64,000 nt of DNA from a candidate division WOR-3 bacterium (GCA_015489175.1 WGAI01000067.1:1799-65798); one strand, 5' to 3'; positions 9,276-19,665 are shown, counted from the first letter of the stretch. Notes: generated from the sequence alone by a model not told the origin. Translations and numbers: made by a program.

Positions 9276-9929
9276 CCGTTCAACTGTGTCTTTTGCCCTA
9301 TCTGATATTGATGTCAAACACCTTGTCATGCTCAAAATGAAGATGGCATCGCCGTAGCTGAGTTTGTCCTCGTTATCAAACACGAACTGCATTATCTCGC
9401 CGCTGATCACATCGATCGAATGCTCTATCTCTTCGACCTCTCTGATAAGCTGGTATTCCCTCTCAATCTCGTCATCTCTGAAACCGCTTTCGATCACGAT
9501 ATCGAGCTGTGAGATGGCGTTGTGCAGGTTGCGGGCCACTTTGATGCTCTCTTTGCCGATGCTTATCACTTTTTCCTTGAGTTCGTCTGGTATTGACCTC
9601 TCCTTGCACACCTTCAGCCATTTGGTAACATCCTGAGCCGCATCTGCGACTTTATCCTGAAAATACAGACAGAGAAGCACATCTGCGCGGCTCACAGGCA
9701 TGAAAATGCGCGATGTTAGCGTGTCCCTTATGGACTCTTTGACCTTATCCGCCTCCTGCTCAAGGCTATCGACGGCGTCGCAGAGTTTCAACATCTCATC
9801 TTTGCGCCCTTCGCTCCATGCGACCAGCGCTTCCTCAAGCTTTTCAACAGCCTTGAGGACTATCTCGGAATGCTTTATCAAAGGCTTGAAAGGGCTCTTT
9901 GCGAAAAGTTTAAGCCATGCGCTCACCAT
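9249..9929 (-). CDS. DUF47/TIGR00153 PhoU-like phosphate transport regulator
   Basis: LFAKSPFKPL, LEQEADKVK, FMPVSRAD, QDKVAD, ISDRAKD; directly downstream of pit. Confidence 0.9.
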   Translation of the reverse strand: MVSAWLKLFAKSPFKPLIKHSEIVLKAVEKLEEALVAWSEGRKDEMLKLCDAVDSLEQEADKVKESIRDTLTSRIFMPVSRADVLLCLYFQDKVADAAQDVTKWLKVCKERSIPDELKEKVISIGKESIKVARNLHNAISQLDIVIESGFRDDEIEREYQLIREVEEIEHSIDVISGEIMQFVFDNEDKLSYGDAIFILSMTRCLTSISDRAKDTVERIRQMLAHS

Positions 9930-9932
9930 GAT

Positions 9933-11165
9933 TTAACCTCCTATGAAGATGAGAAAAAGTTTAAAAATTCCAGCCGCCATAACAGCAGCAATTGGGACGG
10001 TGACGAACCATGAAATTACAATGTCCTTGAGGACATCGGTGTTTATAGCGCGCAACCCCCTTGCCAGCCCCACACCTACAACGGCGCCGACCACGGTGTG
10101 GGTGGTGGAGATCGGCATGCCCAGTCTTGATGCAACAAGGACTGTTGTCGCTGTGGCAAAATCTATGCTAAATCCCCTCGTATTTGTTAGCTGCGTGATC
10201 CCATGGCCGACTGTTTGCATCACGCGATAGCCCCATGTGGCGACGCCAATCGCTATGCCAAGCCCTCCGAGTGCAAGTATCCATCTCGGCACAGGCACCT
10301 TTGCGCCGGCTGAGCCGAACATGATTGCAGTATAGACCGCAGCAACAGGTCCGATCGCATTCGCGACATCGTTGGCGCCGTGGGATAGAGCTACATAGCA
10401 TGATGTCACAACCTGGACATTGCGGAAAATGCGCTCCACAGATTTGTATGGGTTGCCGCTTCCGGTGTAATGCCTTAGCACTAATTTGCTTACGCCGACT
10501 GCTAAAAGTCCAACGGCCAAACCGACCAGAAGGGAGCGAATCATATCGTTACCATGCAATGTCTTGAGGTAGAACATAATTCCCACAATGAAAAAGGCCA
10601 ATCCTATCCAGAATGGGGCATATTTCCTTGCGTTCTGGAGTGGGTCTTCGGCGCTCAAAATGGTCTTCCTGATGAGCCAGAACAGAGTGAACCCGACTAT
10701 TCCCCCTACAATCGGAGACAGTATCCAGCTCAACACCACCATTATCAGCTTACTCCAGTTGACGATTTTCACTCCGGCATAAGCTATTCCGTAACCAACA
10801 AGTCCACCGATTATCGAATGGGTCGTTGACACGGGAAGTCCCCAATAACTTGCCGCAAGCAGCCAGATAGCAGCCGATAGCAGGGCGGAGAGCGAGCCAT
10901 AAATCAGGATGTTGATGTTCTGGATGTGGCTTGGATCGATTATGCCCTTGCGGATTGTCTCTGTGACATGCTTTCCGAAGTAGTAAGCGCCTATAAATTC
11001 GAGAGAAGCCGCAATGATGACAGCCTGGGCCGGCGTTATTGCACCAGCACCGACCGCGGTGCTCATGGAGTTGGCCGTGTCATTGGCCCCAATCCCCCAC
11101 GCCATGAAAAGCCCAACGGCGAGGGTTACTAAAAGCAAGGGATGGGTTGTTATGAGATGTATCAT
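9933..11165 (-). CDS. pit: Inorganic phosphate transporter, PiT family
   Basis: GANDTANSM and HGANDVANAIGP signatures, PVSTTH and PISTTH; ATG 11165 chosen for RBS GGGAGG. Confidence 0.95.
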   Translation of the reverse strand: MIHLITTHPLLLVTLAVGLFMAWGIGANDTANSMSTAVGAGAITPAQAVIIAASLEFIGAYYFGKHVTETIRKGIIDPSHIQNINILIYGSLSALLSAAIWLLAASYWGLPVSTTHSIIGGLVGYGIAYAGVKIVNWSKLIMVVLSWILSPIVGGIVGFTLFWLIRKTILSAEDPLQNARKYAPFWIGLAFFIVGIMFYLKTLHGNDMIRSLLVGLAVGLLAVGVSKLVLRHYTGSGNPYKSVERIFRNVQVVTSCYVALSHGANDVANAIGPVAAVYTAIMFGSAGAKVPVPRWILALGGLGIAIGVATWGYRVMQTVGHGITQLTNTRGFSIDFATATTVLVASRLGMPISTTHTVVGAVVGVGLARGLRAINTDVLKDIVISWFVTVPIAAVMAAGIFKLFLIFIGG

Positions 11166-11228
11166 CGCCTCCCTTCCGTTTTGTTTGGGTTTCAATTAGA
11201 AGTGCAAGAAGGCGAACAGCACGGAATT

Positions 11229-11336
11229 TCGAGTTTCCCCTCGATTGTGAGAAGGGGTTAAGTCCTGAACAGAGGGAACCTCGAGGAGCATCTTTCATTG
11301 GGCTTAAATTATACCCGACTGCCTGATGTCACACAA
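11229..11336 (-). promoter_or_regulatory. Putative pit promoter and long leader hairpin
   Basis: TTGTGT-N17-TATAAT (11336-11308); inverted repeat TCGAGGTTCCCTC...GAGGGGAAACTCGA (11284-11229). Confidence 0.5.
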
Positions 11337-11466
11337 TCTAACCCCAATGCATCATTTGACGGGAAAGCAACATTGTTCGTGCATTTCGTTGACATGTATA
11401 TAGCAAAGGTAAATAATCGACCTGAATTCACGGAGCCTTAAAAACAAAGGGGAAGGAGGTCCTTAA

Positions 11467-13644
11467 ATGTTAGCCCTCATCATTGCCTCACTCATTTCAG
11501 TGGGACAACATGCGTCATCTCCTGTGGAAGCTGATTCCATGGGGTTTAGAGAAGTCGCAAGCTGGCCGTTCGGGCCCGCCCACGCGATCGCTGAAGACAC
11601 GGTAAACAACAGAATTTTCCTCGCATCCGGCGCCGGTGTGATGATACTGCGGCCTGAGGAAAGCGGGGAATTCACACTCGTCTCGGATGCCATCAGGACA
11701 CACGGTGGCAACATAAATGTTCTAATCTACGACTATGCGCTGCAGACGCTCTTTATGGGCGGGGACAATGCGTGGCTCGAAATATGGTCGGTGCATGATA
11801 ACTCAACCCCGGTAAGGATAATGAGTTATCAGGATGCATCATCTTATGCTTTTTCGGATAGTTACATCATGGATATGCTTTTAGAAGGCAACAACCTATT
11901 GGTCGGCTATGAGAATGTATATAGTTCCTCACATTATGTGAAAGTTTTTAACATAAGCAATCTGCCCGATCTGCAAGAAGTTACGACGATACCAGTATCT
12001 TTTCCAATCAATAACTTCTCGAAGGATGGAAACAGATTATTCATAAACACAAACGGCAGCACTTCCGTATTTGATGTTTCAGACATATCCGCACCTGATT
12101 CGATCGGCTACCTTCCGGTAGGCAACTGTTTCGGGATTGCTGAAGATACCGTTTTTTATGCCGTATGGGGCTCGTGGAATGGTATTTACGGAATTGACAT
12201 CTACAACATCTCGGACATCTCCAATCCCGTTTTGATTGCTCAAAACAATGTCTCGCTTTCCAGAACTTATCACAAAGTGAGGAAATACGGAAATAGGATC
12301 TACGCATGCGGCGAACTTCTGGATGTATGGGATGTCTCTGATTTGACAGATCCTGTCGTTCTGTGGAGTTTCTGGCCGATTAGCGACGGTATTTTCGACT
12401 TCTCACCGGAAAACGGCCTATTGCTGACAGCATCGGGATATGCCGGCATGAGTTCGATCGATTTCGATTCGCTTGGTAACCCCTTCGAGGCGGAATTCTT
12501 CAGGACACCCGGCATCAACAAGGGCATCACAACAGGCGACGGCTATGCTTTTTACATAACTCGCATCAAGGGAGGTCTTCGTCTGGACATCCTGAGATAC
12601 GATCAGCATCAAGGAGACTTAAACTTTAACATATTGGCCAGCAGTGAGTATTCAATGGCATATTATGGTGAAAACCTTTACATCACAAGCGACAGCTTCT
12701 TGACCAGAATTGATGTGTCCGATCCGACTGACCCTGTTTTAGCAAACATGTTGAGGCTGCCACGCGCTATCACCAACAAACGGGACATCGCAATTGGCAA
12801 CGGTTATGCCTTTGTCGGTTCAGATTCAGGATTTTATGTTGTCTCCCTTGACAGCATGCAGGTTGTAAGCAGTCTGGCCGATACAGCGTTTGCCCACGGA
12901 CATAACCAACTCTATATTCACGGAAACCACCTCTATATGGTTTCCGGAAGTCAGAAGATAGGAGTTATTGACATATCGGATCCTCCATCTCCTCATCTGC
13001 TGTCTGTAACCTATTTTCCACAGTTATATGGGTTCATACAGGCCATGGCTTTCTACAACCATTACGCTTACATGTCAACCGATGTGAGTCAAATTGCGAT
13101 AATAGATATAAGCGTTCCTTCCAGTCCGACATATTTCTCAGATGTGCCGCCGAACGAACGAAATTACGGGCTCAGGGAGCTATCCGTTCACGGAAACTAC
13201 ATGTTCGGGACACATGGAAGTTACACAGCCATGGTCGCCTATGACATGTCAAATCCCACAACTCCTGAAATCGCTGGGTATTACGACAATTATTACGAAT
13301 ACACTGATTATTCGATGGACGGCGACGACATTTATCTTTCTGACTGGACGATCGGTGTCCATATCCTCCATTTCACGCCAACGAGCATCTCCGAAGGAGC
13401 CGAACGCCCTGCATTGAACAACGTTATGGTGGTGTCCGATGAAATGGCATTTCAGCTGCCTCGGTCAGGAGAGCTTCAGCTGCGGATTTACGACGCCTCT
13501 GGCCGCATCGTCAGAAATATTGACGGATGGTTCTACAGCGGCTCGCATCGCGTGAGCCTGAAAGGCCTGCGAAATGGCGTTTATTTCTATGTGATGCAGA
13601 CCGCTACCTCGAAATCAACCGGCAGATTTATCCTCATAAAGTGA
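11467..13644 (+). CDS. Secreted LVIVD-repeat beta-propeller protein with T9SS/FlgD-like C-terminal domain
   Basis: Signal peptide; repeated (F/W/I)D(V/I)SDxxxP; C-terminal LRIYDASGRIVR...GLRNGVYF...RFILIK. Confidence 0.8.
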   Translation: MLALIIASLISVGQHASSPVEADSMGFREVASWPFGPAHAIAEDTVNNRIFLASGAGVMILRPEESGEFTLVSDAIRTHGGNINVLIYDYALQTLFMGGDNAWLEIWSVHDNSTPVRIMSYQDASSYAFSDSYIMDMLLEGNNLLVGYENVYSSSHYVKVFNISNLPDLQEVTTIPVSFPINNFSKDGNRLFINTNGSTSVFDVSDISAPDSIGYLPVGNCFGIAEDTVFYAVWGSWNGIYGIDIYNISDISNPVLIAQNNVSLSRTYHKVRKYGNRIYACGELLDVWDVSDLTDPVVLWSFWPISDGIFDFSPENGLLLTASGYAGMSSIDFDSLGNPFEAEFFRTPGINKGITTGDGYAFYITRIKGGLRLDILRYDQHQGDLNFNILASSEYSMAYYGENLYITSDSFLTRIDVSDPTDPVLANMLRLPRAITNKRDIAIGNGYAFVGSDSGFYVVSLDSMQVVSSLADTAFAHGHNQLYIHGNHLYMVSGSQKIGVIDISDPPSPHLLSVTYFPQLYGFIQAMAFYNHYAYMSTDVSQIAIIDISVPSSPTYFSDVPPNERNYGLRELSVHGNYMFGTHGSYTAMVAYDMSNPTTPEIAGYYDNYYEYTDYSMDGDDIYLSDWTIGVHILHFTPTSISEGAERPALNNVMVVSDEMAFQLPRSGELQLRIYDASGRIVRNIDGWFYSGSHRVSLKGLRNGVYFYVMQTATSKSTGRFILIK

Positions 13645-13654
13645 CATTCCATGA

Positions 13655-13686
13655 TCGAGGGGCTGCGGTAAGCCACAGCCCCTCGA
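13655..13686 (+). terminator. Hairpin, probable terminator
   Basis: TCGAGGGGCTG...CAGCCCCTCGA, 11 nt after the stop; T-tail is weak. Confidence 0.6.
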
Positions 13687-13750
13687 CTTTGCCTTATTCG
13701 ATTTCCTATGTTAATATTTGAGCCTGCTTTACGCACTGGAGGGGAATAAA

Positions 13751-14041
13751 TTGAAGCCATATAAGCGATCCGAAAGGGTAAGTCAGGAAATAAAGCGAAT
13801 TCTTGCAGAAACTTTAACTTATGAGGCGCACGATCCGGTTCTCAGGCGCATAACTATACTTCGCGTCGAGGTGACGGATGACCTGAGAAAGGCAAAGGTG
13901 TTCTATTCCGTGATACTCAATACTGAGGGGGTCGAGAGCCATCTTGAGCGTGCCAGAGGCTACCTCAGGACGACGCTTGCCCACAAGATGAGGATAAAAT
14001 TTGTGCCGGAGATCGAATTCAAGAAGCTGGAGATTTTATGA
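13751..14041 (+). CDS. rbfA: Ribosome-binding factor A
   Basis: KRSERVSQEIKR, VEVTDDLRKAKVF, FVPEIEF; TTG start after GGAGGGG; precedes truB. Confidence 0.92.
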   Translation: MKPYKRSERVSQEIKRILAETLTYEAHDPVLRRITILRVEVTDDLRKAKVFYSVILNTEGVESHLERARGYLRTTLAHKMRIKFVPEIEFKKLEIL

Positions 14042-14937
14042 TGCACGGGTTCATCAACATCGATAAACCTCGTGGTATCACATCGTTCGGCGTGGTTGAG
14101 AGACTGCGCGACATCCTCGGAATTAAAAAGGTCGGCCATGCCGGAACACTTGACCCAGATGCAACCGGCGTGCTCGTCGTCGGCGTAGGGAAGGGCACTC
14201 GGTTCCTCGAATTTTTGATGGATCTGGAAAAAGAGTATCTCGCCACCATCGCACTCGGTGTCCTGACTGATACGCTCGACATGAGCGGTCAGGTCATGGC
14301 ACGTAAGGATGTGCCTGAGCTGACGGAGGACAAACTCAAAGAGGTTTTAAAGGGTTTTCTCGGCGAGATAATGCAAACTCCACCTGCCTATTCCGCAATT
14401 CGGGTTGAGGGCAAAAGGCTTTATGAACTTGCCCGAGAAGGGATACTTGTCAACCCCAAGCCCCGCAAGGTCAGGATTTACAAACTTGAACTTATAGGCC
14501 TTGCCGATGACGAGTTTATGATACGGGTTGTCTGCTCCCGCGGCACTTATGTTCGCTCTCTTGCAAGGGATATAGGCGAAAAATTGGGCACTTACGGCGT
14601 GGTAAAGGAGATGCGTCGCACCAGAATTGGACATTTCCGTATAGAAAACTCCATCCCTCTGGATGTTGAGCCTGAGAAGATAAAAAATGCGATTATCCCG
14701 ATCGATAAAGGTCTATCTCACCTCAAAGAAGTAGTGCTGAAGGAGAAAGCGGCGTTCTATTTCCAGAACGGGACACAGGTCGGCTCGGCAGGGATATTGA
14801 GAAAATCAAAGGATGCAAGGAGCTTCGAGCATGTCAGAGTTTACAGGACCGATGGCGGATTTCTTGGAGTTGGGTATCTGAGATGGGACAGCATATCCCC
14901 GGTCAAAGTGCTGCCGCCCAATATAAACAACGCTTAA
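14038..14937 (+). CDS. truB: tRNA pseudouridine(55) synthase
   Basis: KVGHAGTLDPDATGVL, PPAYSA, CSRGTYVRSL. Confidence 0.97.
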   Translation: MMHGFINIDKPRGITSFGVVERLRDILGIKKVGHAGTLDPDATGVLVVGVGKGTRFLEFLMDLEKEYLATIALGVLTDTLDMSGQVMARKDVPELTEDKLKEVLKGFLGEIMQTPPAYSAIRVEGKRLYELAREGILVNPKPRKVRIYKLELIGLADDEFMIRVVCSRGTYVRSLARDIGEKLGTYGVVKEMRRTRIGHFRIENSIPLDVEPEKIKNAIIPIDKGLSHLKEVVLKEKAAFYFQNGTQVGSAGILRKSKDARSFEHVRVYRTDGGFLGVGYLRWDSISPVKVLPPNINNA

Positions 14938-15614
14938 CCGGATTTCCTTGAAAACGGATTCCACATCCTTGGCCCTACATCCAGAATTGGCCATCCCATC
15001 TCTTTCGCCTTTTGGCGCAACCTTTTAGATGGGTTCACAGCCACAGGATGTCCAACCGCCTTAAGGAGAGGCAAATCCGCTGGGCTGTCCCCGAAAGCCC
15101 AGATTTTGCCCCAATCCCATCCTTCCTTCTCGACAACCTCCCTGAGCACGGCAACTTTGCCCTCACGATACGGGTAAATTCCAACGACTTTGCCCGTGAA
15201 GATACCGTTGACTACTTCTAACTTAGATGAGAGCACGTAATCCGAATTGATGAAGTCCCTTACGCGCTCGGCTATTATGTCGATTGTGCCGCTTAGCAAC
15301 ACAATCGGTGTGCCACTTTCGCGAAACAACTCAATTATCTCTATCATCGACCGAAAAAAGCGGTTCTTTATCTCTGTCCAGCATTTGCTGTCTATTATCT
15401 CATGAACCCTCTGAGCTTCAAGGCCCTCAATGTAAAACTTATTCCTCAGGAACTTGACTACTCCGCCTTTCTCAAAGGCAATCGCTAAAAGTTCCCTGAA
15501 AAGGTGGGATAAAGAAATCGCCCTGTTCGACAACATGCAGGCTATCAACATTCTTTCGAGCGACATCGGCAGGAGCGTGCCGTCTATGTCGAAAACGGCT
15601 GCATCATACTTCAT
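14934..15614 (-). CDS. HAD-IB family phosphatase
   Basis: FDIDGTL, LLSG, GK, AFGDSPADLPLL...AVNP; ATGA overlap with the upstream gene. Confidence 0.88.
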   Translation of the reverse strand: MKYDAAVFDIDGTLLPMSLERMLIACMLSNRAISLSHLFRELLAIAFEKGGVVKFLRNKFYIEGLEAQRVHEIIDSKCWTEIKNRFFRSMIEIIELFRESGTPIVLLSGTIDIIAERVRDFINSDYVLSSKLEVVNGIFTGKVVGIYPYREGKVAVLREVVEKEGWDWGKIWAFGDSPADLPLLKAVGHPVAVNPSKRLRQKAKEMGWPILDVGPRMWNPFSRKSG

Positions 15615-16276
15615 CTTTCCTGGTCTTCCATCTCTTTGATAAAGGCAAATCCCTCGATTATCACGGGGATGCCTCGTATCAAGCACATGACAGCTGTCAA
15701 AACGGCAAGGATGAGGCCCAACATGTGGACGGTCGGCGTGTAGCGCGAAAGCTCAGGATGCCCTATGAACGACCAGAACTGATCGAGCACGGAGACCAAA
15801 ATCAGCAGAGTAAATGTAACCCCTTTCATAACCGCATAGGATGTCCTCATAATCGGCGAACCCGTGAGGAATTTTCCGAGTCTGGTGCGCATCATCGTAG
15901 TCGAGCCGAACGCTGTTTTCCCGTATTTCAGGGCATAGTTTCTTACCGAGTCTGTCATTATGCCCCGTGAGACCACAACAATCGGAATCCAGACAGGGAT
16001 AAGCCTCAGGTCGGACAGGACGATCCAGAGCACATTTTCGACAATTCTGTCGCCAGTGATGTCAAGCACGCTGCCGAGTGTCGTTGATATGTGGAGCTTT
16101 CTGGCAAGGAACCCGTCAAGCCAATCCATAACTATCACGATCGTGGCCAACAACGCCGCTCCTATCCGCGCCCAAATGGAGTTCGCATACACAAGGACAA
16201 CCAACAGAAAAAGCAATGCTATCCTTAACAATGTCACACCATTTGCAATGTTTGCGATGCCGGATTTCTTTTTCAT
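15611..16276 (-). CDS. CDP-alcohol phosphatidyltransferase (PgsA-like)
   Basis: ANGVTLLR and DWLDGFLAR...GSVLDITGD signature; RBS GGAGGAG. Confidence 0.9.
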   Translation of the reverse strand: MKKKSGIANIANGVTLLRIALLFLLVVLVYANSIWARIGAALLATIVIVMDWLDGFLARKLHISTTLGSVLDITGDRIVENVLWIVLSDLRLIPVWIPIVVVSRGIMTDSVRNYALKYGKTAFGSTTMMRTRLGKFLTGSPIMRTSYAVMKGVTFTLLILVSVLDQFWSFIGHPELSRYTPTVHMLGLILAVLTAVMCLIRGIPVIIEGFAFIKEMEDQER

Positions 16277-16434
16277 CAGGCTCCTCCGTTGGTTCCAATT
16301 TTGTCCCAAAACAATCGTTGAAGCAATGGTGGGGCCGTATGGTATCGTTTGGGCGCTTTAATGAAGCTCAATCTGAAAAAAACGATGTCCAGGACTGGGA
16401 CTTACTTTATAATTCCCAACATCGAAAAATACCC

Positions 16435-17844
16435 ATGAACTCAACAGAAATTGAAAAAAACGGAGAGGCAAAAGTTTTATCGTGGTTGGCGTTAGGACTA
16501 CTCATGTTAATAGAGCTTTTAGGCGTGTATCTTATTGCAATCAAAGAAATTAAATGGGGCATTTTCCTGTTCACTTTGCCGTTTGTGATAGGGATTATGC
16601 TTTATCTCTTCCTTAATCCCAAAATAGTTATGTTGTTTCTGGTCACAGTGGTTGCTGCTCTTCCTGTTCAGCGAGCTTTTTTCCCGATAGTCGTGCCCTC
16701 ACAACTTGTTTTCTTGCTGCTGTTGATGGCCACAGGGTCAATATTGTTGACATCATATCAGGAAATAATCGACGCCGGTTTCGGACGGAGTGTCGAGGAT
16801 AAGCTTTTCATTTTGTTAGGTATAGTGTTGATTTTTTCCATCATAGTTAGCATAAGCAACGGCGATGATCCCAAAAACATCATGGTCATGGGGGTGCTCC
16901 AGTTTAATTACATCGGATATTTATGGGGAAGGGTTTATCTCAATGCGGAAAAGGACTGGAAAATCATCAAATACATCCTGCTTCTCTCCACATTCGCAGC
17001 CGGGTTTGAGCTTGCCTATCAGATGCCTGCCGCAAAATTTCACAATGTAGGCCGACTGCTCTTCCTTCAATCCTTTACGGTCTTCATTGCGTTCGTCATA
17101 GCTCTCAATGAGCTCGCTTTCGGAGTTAAAGGAACCCTCAAAACCATCTTCTATAATCTCGTTGCAATAGCAGCAATAGTCACCATCGTTATCTCGCTCA
17201 ACCGCACCATGTGGGTTATATTTGCGCTGTCCCTGTTTTGGCTCTATCTCCTGTGGAACTTTCTGTTAAAAATCTCCCTGAAACCGATAGTCAACAGTCT
17301 GGTTATGTGGACTCTGGCTATAATCATAACCGTTGCAGTGGGGCAGCTTGTATTCGGCTTCGACTTCCTGTTTTCACTGGTCAAACGAGTCTATACTTTT
17401 TCCAATCTCCAGCGCGATACTTCATTGATGGTCAGGAAGATAGACATAGGGCTTGTCAAGGATATAGTGCTCAGATCCCCGATATGGGGGCACGGCATTG
17501 GCAATGCTATGTGGCGCTACTGGCGGCATGCGGAGACATTTTTCATAGACAACGACTACATGGTTCTTTTGTGGCACTACGGCCTGTTTGGCACGCTGAT
17601 ATTCCTGATCTTCTGGGTTTACAACCTGACAGTCATATTCAAGGGAATAAGATACGCCAGAGAAAGGGACATCAAGGTGCTCCTTTTGACGACATTCGCC
17701 GTCGGATCTTTGCTTATGATAAACGCTTTGACTGAAACAATTTACACGACACGCCCTCACATGCTCATCTACATGCTAATGGTCGGCATGTCGGTTTCGG
17801 TTGTCCGTAAAATGCAAATTCCTGCCAGCAAAGATGAGCATTGA
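16435..17844 (+). CDS. O-antigen ligase/polymerase (Wzy_C)-like membrane protein
   Basis: Many hydrophobic segments; SLNRT, R...PIWGHGIG...IDNDY..LLWHYGLFG. Start codon uncertain. Confidence 0.75.
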   Translation: MNSTEIEKNGEAKVLSWLALGLLMLIELLGVYLIAIKEIKWGIFLFTLPFVIGIMLYLFLNPKIVMLFLVTVVAALPVQRAFFPIVVPSQLVFLLLLMATGSILLTSYQEIIDAGFGRSVEDKLFILLGIVLIFSIIVSISNGDDPKNIMVMGVLQFNYIGYLWGRVYLNAEKDWKIIKYILLLSTFAAGFELAYQMPAAKFHNVGRLLFLQSFTVFIAFVIALNELAFGVKGTLKTIFYNLVAIAAIVTIVISLNRTMWVIFALSLFWLYLLWNFLLKISLKPIVNSLVMWTLAIIITVAVGQLVFGFDFLFSLVKRVYTFSNLQRDTSLMVRKIDIGLVKDIVLRSPIWGHGIGNAMWRYWRHAETFFIDNDYMVLLWHYGLFGTLIFLIFWVYNLTVIFKGIRYARERDIKVLLLTTFAVGSLLMINALTETIYTTRPHMLIYMLMVGMSVSVVRKMQIPASKDEH

Positions 17845-19029
17845 AAGTGTCACGATCAGCATGATTGTGTAGCTGATGAAAGAGGCGACAGCCGCCCCCA
17901 GTATCCCCATCCGAGGGATGAGAATGAAGTTAAGCACGATGTTTGTCATAAACCCTGTAGCTGATGATATGGTGTTCACCCACGGCTTGCCCACCGCTAT
18001 GAAATAGTGCGCCAGAAAGCTGTTTGTCGAAAGCACCATCGTCGCCCACACGATCACGACTATAGACGGAATTGAGGGTATGTATTTTCTGCCGAATGTT
18101 ATGACCGTGAACGGATTTGCAATCAGCGTAAAGATCACCCCGCCGATTATGAGTATCAACATGGATGGAGCGCCGTATATGAAAACGGTTTTGAGACTCC
18201 TTGTCTTGACCAGAATGGGCAATAGCGCTTGGTTGATGCTGTTCGTGAATATCTTGATGCCGTCACCTACGAGCGAGGCTATCGAATAGTATCCCACTGC
18301 CTTTTTATCTAACAGGTAGCCGATTATCAATATATCACTTTTGAGCACCATGAACCACAGAATGTTATGCAGGTGTAACCAAAAGGTGTATGAGACCATC
18401 GACTTGAGGAGTTTCCAATCCAATTTGATTTTGATGGTTAGCCACTTCCTCACAATCCAGATGGCTGCGACCGATATCAGAAACATGGCTGTCGTGCCGC
18501 TCGACAGTGCTGCGAGAGGAGTTTTCAAGCTGAAGATGCCCATAAGTATCACTATGAGCAGGAGTTTGACGAAGGTGCCGGATGTGTTTAGGAGCGCAAA
18601 CTTATCAACGCTGCCTATGGCCTGAAGGTATGCCGAGTTTATGTAGAAAAGGATTAACAAAAACAGCTGTAAAGCAGCCACGAGGGAGATTGCATACGGC
18701 AGATGATAAATGCCCCTCAACGCTATGGCATTCACAACACCACCTGAAACGCCCAACAGGATGGACAGCCAGAACATGGAGTCCAACAGATTTTTCCTGT
18801 CAACTTTGCCGTAGAAATACACAACCGATACTGCGAGGCTGAGGTGAAAAAACCTGCTCAATGTGTCCGTCATGCTGCGTGCGAGCGAATAAAGTCCTTG
18901 ATCCCTGACGCTCATAAATCTCGCAATCAATATCAGGGACAGGAAACCGGCTGCCACCCGCGCATAGTTAAGAACTACCACCGAGGCAAAGTATTTCAAC
19001 TTTTTCGATTTTATTTTCGGCAGCGACAT
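17776..19029 (-). CDS. Oligosaccharide flippase (Wzx/MOP family)
   Basis: Polytopic membrane protein; SDILIIGYLL...VGYYSIA, FGRKY, NIVLNFILIPRMGILGAAVA. Confidence 0.85.
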   Translation of the reverse strand: MSLPKIKSKKLKYFASVVVLNYARVAAGFLSLILIARFMSVRDQGLYSLARSMTDTLSRFFHLSLAVSVVYFYGKVDRKNLLDSMFWLSILLGVSGGVVNAIALRGIYHLPYAISLVAALQLFLLILFYINSAYLQAIGSVDKFALLNTSGTFVKLLLIVILMGIFSLKTPLAALSSGTTAMFLISVAAIWIVRKWLTIKIKLDWKLLKSMVSYTFWLHLHNILWFMVLKSDILIIGYLLDKKAVGYYSIASLVGDGIKIFTNSINQALLPILVKTRSLKTVFIYGAPSMLILIIGGVIFTLIANPFTVITFGRKYIPSIPSIVVIVWATMVLSTNSFLAHYFIAVGKPWVNTISSATGFMTNIVLNFILIPRMGILGAAVASFISYTIMLIVTLSMLIFAGRNLHFTDNRNRHADH

Positions 19030-19240
19030 CCTCTTATCCTTAGGCAAAGTCGGACTCCCAAAGCCATATTAAAGGGAAAACATCAACTCACTGTTTGCTG
19101 TTTCAGCCTGAAATTATACTGTGAAGGTAAGTATGCAGGCTTTCACTATATCGCAATGAAAAATTCACCGATAGATCCACATGCGTGGCACATGATGTAT
19201 CATTTAAAGGATACTTGAAATTTTAATCCTTCCTTATTTG

Positions 19241-19465
19241 CTAACCTCCTTTTTGCTGGACTATATAACTTCCTTGTAAGCGGGATTTGGGGCCGCTTGA
19301 TGTGTATATCTGCAATCGCCTCATTAGATACGACCTGTTAAAACCGGTTATCTGCACGAGAGAGTCCAATATGGTGCTCTTCTCCTTCTTCGTAGCGTTA
19401 GGATACTTCCTTGCCATCTTTGCCGTTATAATCTTCTAACATACATTTGGAAGCTATCTTTTCAT
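19241..19465 (-). pseudogene. N-terminal remnant of an ISNCY-like transposase
   Basis: RBS AAGGAGGT, then MKR*LPNVC*KIITAKMARKYPNATKKEKSTILDSLVQITGFNRSYLMRRL with two in-frame stops; same N-terminal pattern as the 820-1380 remnant. Confidence 0.65.
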
Positions 19466-19665
19466 AGGTGGGACCTCCTTCCTTTGGGTTTTTGGAGTGG
19501 ATTTTTCCGGCCCGAAGGAATGGGGTTCAACATATTCAAGCCTCTTTCGAGTTCCACAATTCGTGGTTCTTCCTTTTCATTTTGCATACTTTTTGTGATG
19601 TTTCTCGGCCTATGGAAATTAGCTTGCCTAAGGGTTAAAATTTTAAAAAACAAGGAGAATGGGAT

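Noticed and set aside
16216-16434. N-terminal extension of the Wzy_C-like ORF
   Set aside because: Overlaps the divergent gene and promoter region; ATG 16435 is more plausible.
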